Notes: generated by a model not told the origin, from the letters alone. DNA of 24,000 nucleotides from Thermophilibacter immobilis (GCF_015277515.1 NZ_CP063767.1:1988770-2012769), one strand, 5' to 3'. Counted from the first letter of the stretch, positions 8,788 through 16,693 are shown. Numbers and translations are program-made.

Positions 8788-9513
8788 TTAGCGCACATCC
8801 GAGGTGGCAACTCCCAGCGCAACTTCCATCATCTGGGTGAATGACGTCTGGCGCTCCTCGGCCGGCAAAGATGCGCCCGTGAGGGGAAGGTCGGAGACGG
8901 TGAGCAGGGTCACAGCGCGCTTCTTGGCGCGCAGGGCGTTGAGGTACAGGGCGACCGACTCCATCTCCACCGCCAGCACCCCCATGCGTGCCCAGCGCTC
9001 GTTGACCGTCTCGTCGTCGTTGTAGAAGACGTCGGAGGACAGGACGTTGCCAACCTTGTAGTCAAAGCCAAGCTGCTCGGCCACCTCGACGGCGCGGCGC
9101 AGAAGGCCAAAGTCGGCGAGAGGGGCGAGCGTGCCGGGCATGTGGAACTGCGCGGCGTAGTTGGAGTCCGTGCAGGCGCCCATGCCCATGACCAGGTCGC
9201 GCAGCTGCACGTCGGGGGCTAGGCCGCCCGCGGTGCCAATGCGGATGATCGCATCCACGTCGTAGAAGTTGAAGAGCTCGTAGGAGTAGATGCCGATGGA
9301 CGGCATGCCCATGCCCGATCCCATGACCGAGACGCGCGCGCCCTGATAGGTTCCCGTGTAGCCGAGCATGCCGCGCACGGAGTTGAACTGATCGACGTCC
9401 TCAAGGTAGGTCTGGGCCACGAACTGGGCGCGCAGCGGGTCTCCGGGCATGAGGACCATCTTTGCGATCTGCCCCTTGGCGGCGGCGTTGTGCGGGGTGG
9501 GGGTGAGCGCCAT
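8788..9513 (-). CDS. deoD: Purine nucleoside phosphorylase, DeoD type
   Basis: 241 aa. Matching stretches include PGDPLRA, GMGMPSIGIYSYEL, RIGTAGG and VEMES, as in hexameric DeoD-type PNP. Its start is 3 nt from the deoB stop. Confidence 0.92.
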   Translation of the reverse strand: MALTPTPHNAAAKGQIAKMVLMPGDPLRAQFVAQTYLEDVDQFNSVRGMLGYTGTYQGARVSVMGSGMGMPSIGIYSYELFNFYDVDAIIRIGTAGGLAPDVQLRDLVMGMGACTDSNYAAQFHMPGTLAPLADFGLLRRAVEVAEQLGFDYKVGNVLSSDVFYNDDETVNERWARMGVLAVEMESVALYLNALRAKKRAVTLLTVSDLPLTGASLPAEERQTSFTQMMEVALGVATSDVR

Positions 9514-9516
9514 GTC

Positions 9517-10725
9517 CTAGCCCTCCAGGATCTGGTCGAGATGAGACGTTCCGATGGGGAGCATGGGAGCCCCCAGATAGTCGAGGACGGTCGCGGCGAC
9601 GTCGGCGAACGTGGGGAGCGTCCCCAGGTTCGCGCCCGGCTTGACGCGCGGGCCCGCGATGAGCCAGGGGACGTACTCGCGCGAATGGTCGGTCGAGGGA
9701 GTGACGGGGTCGCAGCCGTGATCGGCGCTGATCATGAGCAGATCGTCCTCGCCGAGACCCGTCAGGAGCTCGGGCAACTTGGCGTCAAAGTACGAGATTG
9801 CCTTGGCATAGCCCACCGCGTCGTTGCGATGGCCGTAGATCATGTCGGTGTCCACGAGGTTCGTGAAGCACAGGCCGTTGAAGGCGCGCCCCGTACGCTC
9901 GATGGTCTTGTCGATCCCCTCGGGGTTGCCCGAGGTGTAGACGAAGTCGGTCATGCCGCGATGGGCGAAGATATCGTAGATCTTGCCCACCGAGAGCACG
10001 TCGTAGCCGCTCTTGGAGAGGACGTCGAGCATCGTGGGTCCCGTGGGCTCCAGGGAGAAGTCGTGGCGACGCGGAGTGCGCGTGAAGGAGCCGTCCTCGC
10101 CCACAAACGGACGAGCTATGACGCGAGCGACGCCGTGCTCCCCGGTGAGAATCGCGCGGGCGATACGGCAGTACGCGTAGAGCTGCTCGACGGGAACGAC
10201 GTCCTCGTGAGCGGCGATCTGGAAGACGCTATCCGCCGAGGTGTAGACGATCAGCTTGCCGGTGTCCCGATGCTCCTGGCCAAAGTCCTTGATGACCTCG
10301 GTGCCGGAGTAGGGCCGGTTGCAGAGCACGCCGCGCCCCGTCTGGCGCTCGAACTCCTTGATGACCTCGGGAGGGAAACCCTCAGGGTAGGTCGGGAAGC
10401 GGCGCGGCGTGACGACGCCCGCCATCTCCCAGTGGCCGACGGTGGTGTCCTTGCCGGCCGAGGCCTCCCGCAGGCGCGCGAAGGCTCCCGTGGGATGCGC
10501 GATGGGCGCGAGGTCAACGTCACGGGGGCCCTCGAGCGCGCCCTCGATGTTAAGGAGGCCCAGCTTGGTGAGGTTGGGAATGTGAAGCTCTCCCGAGGTC
10601 TCGCATGCGGTAAGCGTGTTGCTCAGCTCGTCGTCGAAGTCGGGCCAGTCGGGCTCCGATCCTATGCCAAAGCTGTCAAGAACGACAAGAAACACGCGCC
10701 GATCGGCATGGGAAGCCTCACTCAT
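9517..10725 (-). CDS. deoB: Phosphopentomutase
   Basis: I start at the ATG at 10725 (MSEASHADRRVFLVVLDSFGIG...), preceded by GGAG. Metal-site motifs VVLDSFGIG and SADHGCDP are present. The 31 upstream codons of the track ORF were rejected. Confidence 0.9.
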   Translation of the reverse strand: MSEASHADRRVFLVVLDSFGIGSEPDWPDFDDELSNTLTACETSGELHIPNLTKLGLLNIEGALEGPRDVDLAPIAHPTGAFARLREASAGKDTTVGHWEMAGVVTPRRFPTYPEGFPPEVIKEFERQTGRGVLCNRPYSGTEVIKDFGQEHRDTGKLIVYTSADSVFQIAAHEDVVPVEQLYAYCRIARAILTGEHGVARVIARPFVGEDGSFTRTPRRHDFSLEPTGPTMLDVLSKSGYDVLSVGKIYDIFAHRGMTDFVYTSGNPEGIDKTIERTGRAFNGLCFTNLVDTDMIYGHRNDAVGYAKAISYFDAKLPELLTGLGEDDLLMISADHGCDPVTPSTDHSREYVPWLIAGPRVKPGANLGTLPTFADVAATVLDYLGAPMLPIGTSHLDQILEG

Positions 10726-10894
10726 GTGTACTCCAATCCCCGATGGGTCTGCACCCGCTCCCTGGCATGATGCACGAACTGTCGCTTGCCGTGACGTGCA
10801 TAAATATCTGCTTACCATCTTGTTACTTTGATTAGCCGACGTCAGTCTACTTCATCGCTTCTCTCGCACGAACCGCCCCTGCGCCTCAGTGTTA

Positions 10895-10948
10895 CGAGTG
10901 GCAGGTGATTTGCCGCGAGTGGCAGATGCGGGAAGGCGATGCTGCCAC
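10895..10948. repeat. Triple GTGGCAG motif: two direct CGAGTGGCAG copies 21 bp apart plus one inverted CTGCCAC
   Basis: CGAGTGGCAG occurs at 10895-10904 and 10916-10925; CTGCCAC occurs at 10942-10948. All three lie in the divergent deoB/psuK control region. Confidence 0.5.
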
Positions 10949-11066
10949 AGGAGACGCGGGGCGCGCCGGCCGTCACCAGAAATCTTCGTCTTCAGGGTGC
11001 AAAAGCACCTTCTGGCCCCCTTTTACGACCGCCTGACCCCAGCGGCGCCCTTTTCTCACAGCCTTC

Positions 11067-11095
11067 TTTACACAACGTCAGGGCCTCCGTATAAT
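11067..11095 (+). promoter_or_regulatory. Sigma-70-like promoter of the pseudouridine unit (TTTACA-N17-TATAAT)
   Basis: TTTACA at 11067-11072, an exact 17-nt spacer and TATAAT at 11090-11095. This sits ~55 nt upstream of the psuK-like ATG, in an otherwise GC-rich region. Confidence 0.55.
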
Positions 11096-11104
11096 GACGA
11101 GAAA

Positions 11105-11134
11105 TAAAGAAGTGATTACGTCTCTAAAGAAGTG
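11105..11134 (+). promoter_or_regulatory. Candidate operator: 10-bp direct repeat TAAAGAAGTG x2 at 20-bp spacing
   Basis: Identical copies lie at 11105-11114 and 11125-11134, between the -10 box and the RBS GAGGAGGAGG. That is roughly +3 to +32 relative to the predicted start site. Confidence 0.35.
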
Positions 11135-11150
11135 CTGAGGAGGAGGTCCC

Positions 11151-12257
11151 ATGCTCACCGAACGAGAACGGCAGATTCTTGACTGGATCCGCGAGGACCC
11201 CTCCGTCACCCAAAGGGAGATAGCCGAACGCGCGAGCATCTCTCGCTCCTCGGTCGCCGTCCACATCTCCAACCTCGCGCGCAAGGGGGCCATCCTGGGA
11301 CGGCAGTACGTCATCTCCGAGAGCCCCTACGCCGTGATCATCGGGGGTGCCAACATGGACATCGCCGGCCGGCCCGACCACGACCTGGTGCCGCGCGACT
11401 CCAACCCCGGCACAGTGCGCATGTCGGCGGGCGGCGCCGGTCGCAACATCGCCCATAACATGGCGCTTCTGGGCTGCAACGTCAAGTTCATCTCGGCCTT
11501 TGGCGACGACCTGCACGCCCGCGAGCTGCAGGATAGCTGCCGCTCCGTGGGCATCGAGGTCAAGGATTCCGTGACCATCCCCGGGGCGGCCACCTCGACC
11601 TACCTGTTCATCATGGACGAGACGGGTGACATGCAGCTCGCCATCGCCGACATGGCCATCTACGACCGTCTCACGCCCTCGTGCCTCGGGCGCAAGCTCG
11701 ACCTCATCGAACGCGCGGCCCTGTGCGTGGTCGACACCAACATTCCCGCAGAGAGCCTCCAGTGGCTCACCGAGCACGTCTCGGTCCCCCTCTTCTGCGA
11801 CCCCGTCTCCACGGCCAAGGCGCACAAGCTCGACGGCATCCTGGGCAAGCTCCACACCATCAAGCCCAACCAGCTCGAGGCCCAGACCCTCTCGGGTGTT
11901 GAGATCCATGACGAGAAGACCCTGCACCTCGCCGCTCAGCGCCTCCTGGACACGGGCCTGGAGCAGGTGTTCATCTCGCTCGACACACGAGGCCTCTACT
12001 GCGCCAACCACGATTGCCAGTTCGAGCTGTCCACGTTCGACAGCGAGGTGGTCAATGCCACCGGAGCCGGGGACTCGATGATGGCCGCCATCGCATGGGC
12101 ATACCTCGACGGGGCCGACCTCAGGGGGCAGGGACTGGCTGGCCTGGCCACCTCCTCCTTGTGCGTGGAGTCCGCCGGCACCATCAACCCGGCCATCACC
12201 GCAGCGGCGGTCCGCAGGAGGATGTCCGCGTCGCCCGGGGAGCACAAGTCCGCCTAG
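11151..12257 (+). CDS. psuK: HTH-fused PfkB-family pseudouridine kinase (PsuK/YeiI-like)
   Basis: 368 aa. The N-terminal ~55 aa form a winged-HTH-like segment (ERERQILDWIREDPSVTQREIAERASISRSSVAVHISNLARKG). The kinase core carries GGAGRNIAHN and NATGAGDSMMAA, the PfkB signatures. Strong RBS. Immediately upstream of psuG. Confidence 0.82.
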   Translation: MLTERERQILDWIREDPSVTQREIAERASISRSSVAVHISNLARKGAILGRQYVISESPYAVIIGGANMDIAGRPDHDLVPRDSNPGTVRMSAGGAGRNIAHNMALLGCNVKFISAFGDDLHARELQDSCRSVGIEVKDSVTIPGAATSTYLFIMDETGDMQLAIADMAIYDRLTPSCLGRKLDLIERAALCVVDTNIPAESLQWLTEHVSVPLFCDPVSTAKAHKLDGILGKLHTIKPNQLEAQTLSGVEIHDEKTLHLAAQRLLDTGLEQVFISLDTRGLYCANHDCQFELSTFDSEVVNATGAGDSMMAAIAWAYLDGADLRGQGLAGLATSSLCVESAGTINPAITAAAVRRRMSASPGEHKSA

Positions 12258-12309
12258 GGGCATGCGCCCGATCAAACCACGTAGCCAACCCTACATGAAA
12301 GGAACTGCC

Positions 12310-13239
12310 ATGAAGGAGCTCAACCAGTACCTGGACGTTGCCCCCGAGGTCAAGAAGGCGCTCGAGGAGGGCCGGCCTGTCGTCGCCCTGGAGTCCACCA
12401 TCATCTCGCACGGCATGCCCTACCCCCAAAACGTCGAGACGGCCCTCGAGGTCGAGCGCCTCGTGCGCGAGAGCGGCGCCGTGCCGGCGACCATCGCCGT
12501 CATCGGCGGGCGCCTGCGCGCCGGCCTGTCCAAGGAGGAGATCGACCATCTGGGCAAGAAGGGCCACGGCGTGGCCAAGGTCTCCCGCCGCGACCTCGCA
12601 GTGGTCTGCGCCCGGGGCATGGACGGCGCCACGACCGTCACCACCACGATGATCATCGCCCACATGGCCGGCATCGAGGTCTTTGCCACCGGCGGCGTGG
12701 GCGGCGTCCACCGCGGCGCCGAGACCACCATGGACGTCTCGGCCGACCTCGAGGAGCTGGCGCAGACCCCCGTCATGGTCATCTGCGCGGGCGCCAAGTC
12801 CATTCTCGACCTGGGCCTCACGCTCGAGTACCTGGAGACCAGGGGCGTGCCCGTCCTGGGCTACCAGACCCAGGAGCTGCCCGCCTTCTACACCCGCCAC
12901 TCCGGCTTCGCCGTGGACTACGAGGTCGACAGCCCCGAGGAGCTCGCGCGGGTCTTCCACACCAAGCGTGAGATGGGCCTGTCCGGCGGCGTCCTGGTGG
13001 GCAACCCAATCCCCGAGGAGTACTCGATGGACAAGGCCGTCATCGACCAGGCCATCGACCAGGCGCTCGCCGAGGCTGACGAACAGGGAATCCACGGCAA
13101 GGAGTGCACGCCGTTTCTTCTCGCCAAGGTCGCAGAGCTCACCGGCGGGGACTCGCTCGACTCCAACATCCGCCTCGTGTTCAACAACGTGGTCCTGGGG
13201 GCCAAGACCGCCGTTGCCCTGCGCGCCCTCGAGGGGTAG
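12310..13239 (+). CDS. psuG: Pseudouridine-5'-phosphate glycosidase
   Basis: I start at the ATG at 12310 (MKELNQYL...), preceded by AAAGGAA. Motifs VALESTIISHGMPYPQN and TGGVGGVHRG are typical of PsuG/YeiN (IndA-like). Confidence 0.92.
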   Translation: MKELNQYLDVAPEVKKALEEGRPVVALESTIISHGMPYPQNVETALEVERLVRESGAVPATIAVIGGRLRAGLSKEEIDHLGKKGHGVAKVSRRDLAVVCARGMDGATTVTTTMIIAHMAGIEVFATGGVGGVHRGAETTMDVSADLEELAQTPVMVICAGAKSILDLGLTLEYLETRGVPVLGYQTQELPAFYTRHSGFAVDYEVDSPEELARVFHTKREMGLSGGVLVGNPIPEEYSMDKAVIDQAIDQALAEADEQGIHGKECTPFLLAKVAELTGGDSLDSNIRLVFNNVVLGAKTAVALRALEG

Positions 13240-13268
13240 CTCCCTCTCGCGTCCCACGCCCGCCGTCT

Positions 13269-13313
13269 GCGCCCGCAGCCACGCCGCTCGCCGACATGGC
13301 TGCGGGCGCTTTT
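13269..13313 (+). terminator. Rho-independent terminator after psuG
   Basis: 12-bp perfect GC-rich stem GCGCCCGCAGCC (13269-13280) / GGCTGCGGGCGC (13298-13309), a 17-nt loop, then TTTT (13310-13313). Confidence 0.6.
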
Positions 13314-13327
13314 CCATAAAGGGACAT

Positions 13328-14149
13328 ATGTCCTCGAATGTAAACCAGCAGCTCCGTAGAATGGCCCAAAAGGGGTTCGATGACGCCGGAGAGAGGGCCG
13401 TGGACGTTCTCGGATACATCAGCGCGCTGAACGCGCCCACGCGCGAGGCGCTCATGCCGTGGGCGCGTCGCATCCCGGCTGGCCTCCTGGCGCGCTGCCG
13501 CCTCATCCACGTGGAGCGCGGCGAGGAGCTCGTGAGCATGTTCGATCGCTGCGAGCACGTCTACGTCCTGTGCGTGGGTCGCATTCGAACCACGACCCGG
13601 AGCGTCTCGGGCTCGAGCTTCACCATCGACGAGTTCGAGGCCCCCACGGTCTTCGGGGAGATGGAGCTCCTGGCCCAGAGCCCGATCACCCTGGGATCGC
13701 TCGTGGCACTGAGCGGCTGCTCGTTCATCGCGGCGCCGCAGGCGGACTACCTCGCCTGGCTCACGTCCGACCCCGAGGCCCTTCTCGCCCGCTCGCGCTG
13801 GGTCGTGAGGAGCCTCCTGCGTCAGATGGGCAACGCGCGCAGCCTCATGGGCTGGAGCGCAACGAGGCGCCTCATGTTCGTCTTGTTCCAGTCCTGTCAC
13901 CAGGGCACGGGGCGCAGCGAAAACGGAGGCGCCACCATCCAGGCCACGCGCGCGGAGCTCGCCGAGCGGGCCGGCGTGAGTACCAAGACCGTCTCGCGCG
14001 CGCTGGGCGAGCTCGAGGGCCGCCAGATGCTCAGGCGCTCAGGCAGAAAGATCGTCATTGACCGGGACGCCTACGAGCGCCTGGAAAACGAGATACGACA
14101 CGAGCTGGAGTCGGAGCCGCCCCAGGGCGGCAAGAGGGAGGAACAATGA
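13328..14149 (+). CDS. Crp/Fnr-family transcriptional regulator (cNMP-binding-like domain plus C-terminal HTH)
   Basis: I start at the ATG at 13328 (MSSNVNQQ...), preceded by AAAGGGA. The beta-roll motif FGEMELL and the HTH TRAELAERAGVSTKTVSRALGELEGRQMLRR are present. No FNR-type N-terminal Cys cluster. The stop overlaps the next start (ATGA at 14146-14149). The upstream part of the track ORF (12683-13327) overlaps psuG and was rejected. Confidence 0.72.
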   Translation: MSSNVNQQLRRMAQKGFDDAGERAVDVLGYISALNAPTREALMPWARRIPAGLLARCRLIHVERGEELVSMFDRCEHVYVLCVGRIRTTTRSVSGSSFTIDEFEAPTVFGEMELLAQSPITLGSLVALSGCSFIAAPQADYLAWLTSDPEALLARSRWVVRSLLRQMGNARSLMGWSATRRLMFVLFQSCHQGTGRSENGGATIQATRAELAERAGVSTKTVSRALGELEGRQMLRRSGRKIVIDRDAYERLENEIRHELESEPPQGGKREEQ

Positions 14150-15648
14150 GCGACAACGGGTACCTGAACATCATCACCGCGAGCAACCTCACCTACAAGC
14201 AGAAGGTGCTGCACCTGGCGCAGGCCGCCGAGAACTCCGTGCGCCCCCTCAAGACCACCAAGGAGTTCGACCGCTTCTTCGAGGCCCGCGCGCTCGACGA
14301 CATGCAGGAGGGCAACGCCCCCTATCGCCCGCGCTACATCTGCCCCGACTACCAGCACTTTTCCGGCCACGGCTCCGAGTTCCTTCACCTGGATGCCCCC
14401 AGGGACCTCGACGACCTGCTCTGGGGCCTCTCGATGGTCTATAACAACGTGCCCTCCGTCACGAGCCGTCCCGTCTCGGTGGGGCAGCTCGACAAGATCA
14501 TCGACCCGTTCCTTGACGGCGTCTCCGACGACGAGGCCAAGCGCGCGCTCAAGCACTTCCTGAACTACATCGACCGCACCGTAGCCTCTGGCTACTGCCA
14601 TGCCAACATAGGCCCCGAGGACACCCGAGCCGGTCGCCTGCTCCTTGAGGTCGAGGCCGAGCTCCAAAACGCCGTGCCAAACTTCACCCTGAAGTACGAC
14701 CCCGCGGTGACGCCCGACGACTTCATGCGCCTCGCGCTTACGACCGCCATGAAGTGCGCCAACCCGGCGTTTGCCAACCACGCCATTCACAAGCACACCT
14801 ATCAGGGCGGCTACCAGGTTGTGAGCTGCTACAACGTGCTGCCCCTGGGCGGCGGTGCCTACTGCCTGGACCGCCTCCTGCTGCCGGGCATGGCGCGCCT
14901 GGCCACGAGCGTCGACGACTTCCTGGACAACATCCTGCCCTCGGCCACCGGCGAGCTGTGCAACTACATGAACGAGCGCATCCGCTTCGAGGTTGAGGAG
15001 TCTAACTTTTTCCAGAGCTCCTGGCTCGTCAAGGACGGCCTCATCAGCCGCGAGCGCTTCACCGGGATGTTCGGCGTGGCTGGTATGAGCGAGTGCGTGA
15101 AGGAGCTCCTGCACCTGGGAGACGAGCGCGCCTACGGCACGGACCCCGAGGCCGACGAGCTGGCCGAGAAGATCATGCAGAAGATCTACGACCAGGTCAA
15201 CGAGTTCGACGCCGTGTACTCCGAGGTGGCGGGCGGCCGCTTCACCCTGCACGCGCAGGCCGGCTTCTCCGACCAGGTGGGCGTCACGCCGGGCGTGCGC
15301 GTCAAGGTGGGCGACGAGCCCGAGGTCCTCTACGACCACATTCGCCAGGCCGCGAGCCTGCACCGCTTCTTCAACGCCGGCGTGTCCGACATCTTCCCCG
15401 TCGAACCCACGGCCGAGAAGAACCCGGATGCCCTTCTCGACGTCATCAAAGCCGCCTTCTCCATCGACGACAAGTACCTGTCGTTCTACTCGTCCGACGG
15501 CGACCTCGTGCGCATCACGGGCTTCCTCGTAAAGCGCTCCGAGATGGAGAAGTACGCCAAGGGCGAGGCGGTTCTCGCTGATACCTCCCACGACGGCGAG
15601 GGCAACTGGCGCGCCAACGACCTTGCCGACCGCAAGGTCAGGCTCTAG
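14146..15648 (+). CDS. yjjI: YjjI-family (DUF3029) short glycyl-radical enzyme, substrate unknown
   Basis: 500 aa with RBS AGGGAGGAA. C-terminal glycyl-radical fingerprint DLVRITGFLV (Gly459 codon 15520-15522). Mid-protein VSCYNVLPLGGG (Cys228 codon 14827-14829). Blocks GNAPYRPRYICPDY, HANIGPED and FTLKYDP match my recollection of E. coli YjjI. A dedicated activase gene follows. Confidence 0.82.
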   Translation: MSDNGYLNIITASNLTYKQKVLHLAQAAENSVRPLKTTKEFDRFFEARALDDMQEGNAPYRPRYICPDYQHFSGHGSEFLHLDAPRDLDDLLWGLSMVYNNVPSVTSRPVSVGQLDKIIDPFLDGVSDDEAKRALKHFLNYIDRTVASGYCHANIGPEDTRAGRLLLEVEAELQNAVPNFTLKYDPAVTPDDFMRLALTTAMKCANPAFANHAIHKHTYQGGYQVVSCYNVLPLGGGAYCLDRLLLPGMARLATSVDDFLDNILPSATGELCNYMNERIRFEVEESNFFQSSWLVKDGLISRERFTGMFGVAGMSECVKELLHLGDERAYGTDPEADELAEKIMQKIYDQVNEFDAVYSEVAGGRFTLHAQAGFSDQVGVTPGVRVKVGDEPEVLYDHIRQAASLHRFFNAGVSDIFPVEPTAEKNPDALLDVIKAAFSIDDKYLSFYSSDGDLVRITGFLVKRSEMEKYAKGEAVLADTSHDGEGNWRANDLADRKVRL

Positions 15649-15663
15649 GTCGGAGCCCTAGTC

Positions 15664-16503
15664 ATGTCCGCACACGTCCCCATCAACAACATCATCCCGT
15701 TCTCCTTGGTGGACGGGCCGGGGGCTCGCTGCTCGGTGTTTTTGCAGGGCTGCAACATTCGCTGCGCCTACTGTCACAACCCCGAGACCCAGTCCCTGTG
15801 CGTGGCCTGCGGCGCCTGCGTGAGGGCCTGTCCGGCACGGGCTCTCACGCTCGAGGCGGGCGCAGTCGTGTGGGACTCCGAGCTTTGCACGGGTTGCGAT
15901 ACGTGCATTGGCACCTGCACGTATCGCTCCTCGCCGCGCATCCGCCACATGGACGCGCGTGAGGTCTTTGCCGAGGTATCCAGCTATCAGCCCTTCATCC
16001 GTGGCGTCACGACCTCGGGCGGCGAGTGCATGCTCTACCCGGAGTTTTTGCTTGAGCTCTTTGGCCTATGCCGCGCGGCGGGGATCGGCGCCCTCATCGA
16101 CTCCAACGGGACAATCGACTTCTCTGAGCACGAGGGGCTCCTAAACGTGGCCGACGGCGTGATGATTGACGTCAAGGCGTGGAGCGACGCGTGGTTCGTG
16201 CACCTCACGGGCACCGACGGCGCGACGGTGAGAAAGAACCTCGCCTTTCTGGCGGAGCGCGACAAGCTCGAAGAGGTGCGCGTCATCGTGACCGAGGGAT
16301 GGAACGACCCCGAGGATGCCGTGGACGGCATCGCGGCCACGCTGGGCAGGCGCGTGGGGGCCGCGCGTCTGCGCCTCATGCGCTTCCGCCACTTTGGGGT
16401 GCGCGGGCCCATGGCGAGCGCGCCCTCCCCCTCCGACGCACGGATGGACGCGCTGGAGGCACGAGCGCACGAGCTTGGCTTTGGCGAGGTCGTGGTCAGC
16501 TAG
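15664..16503 (+). CDS. yjjW: YjjW-type glycyl-radical enzyme activase (radical SAM)
   Basis: 279 aa. N-terminal SLVDGPGARCSVFLQGCNIRCAYCHNP carries the CX3CX2C triad (15751-15774). Two ferredoxin-like clusters, CVACGACVRACP and CTGCDTCIGTC, are present. TTSGGEC is typical of GRE activases. Confidence 0.88.
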   Translation: MSAHVPINNIIPFSLVDGPGARCSVFLQGCNIRCAYCHNPETQSLCVACGACVRACPARALTLEAGAVVWDSELCTGCDTCIGTCTYRSSPRIRHMDAREVFAEVSSYQPFIRGVTTSGGECMLYPEFLLELFGLCRAAGIGALIDSNGTIDFSEHEGLLNVADGVMIDVKAWSDAWFVHLTGTDGATVRKNLAFLAERDKLEEVRVIVTEGWNDPEDAVDGIAATLGRRVGAARLRLMRFRHFGVRGPMASAPSPSDARMDALEARAHELGFGEVVVS

Positions 16504-16556
16504 GGGGCGCACGGCTCGTCAGCTGCAGCTCAACCGGGCATCTCCCGTTCTTTGGT

Positions 16557-16622
16557 TCTTTGAACGCTATCGGCAGTTCGGAGGCTTGTTTCTCGTCCGC
16601 ACCTGCCGATAGCGTTCAAAGA
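16557..16622. repeat. 20-bp perfect inverted repeat with a 26-nt spacer
   Basis: TCTTTGAACGCTATCGGCAG (16557-16576) is the exact reverse complement of CTGCCGATAGCGTTCAAAGA (16603-16622). It lies 54 nt after the yjjW stop, between convergent genes, with no flanking U-tract on either strand. Confidence 0.75.
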
Positions 16623-16693
16623 GCGAGTCCAAGACGACAAGAAGCTCTCGCCCCCTGACAACTATGAACCGTGGAGTCTCTCGAGGCCACCGG

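Noticed and set aside
10770-10801. Inverted repeat ATGCACG-N18-CGTGCAT in the deoB leader or promoter region
   Set aside because: With only 7 bp and a long spacer, it is within chance expectation. It does not resemble CRP, FNR, DeoR or CytR consensus sites as far as I can judge.
10889-11107. 72-aa plus-strand ORF in the deoB/psuK intergenic region
   Set aside because: It has no RBS, uses a non-ATG start in the track, runs across the predicted psuK promoter and gives a low-complexity Arg-rich translation.
12683-13327. N-terminal 215 codons of the 488-aa track ORF that ends as the Crp-family regulator
   Set aside because: This part overlaps psuG in another frame and crosses the psuG terminator. 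It translates to Pro/Ser/Arg-rich nonsense. The regulator-like sequence begins only at the ATG at 13328, which has an RBS-like AAAGGGA.
13322-13333. Perfect 12-bp palindrome GGACATATGTCC spanning the regulator start codon, considered as a possible auto-operator
   Set aside because: A 12-bp palindrome is expected by chance several times in 24 kb. I found no second copy or half-site elsewhere in the locus. It is noted only as something to include in a footprinting probe.
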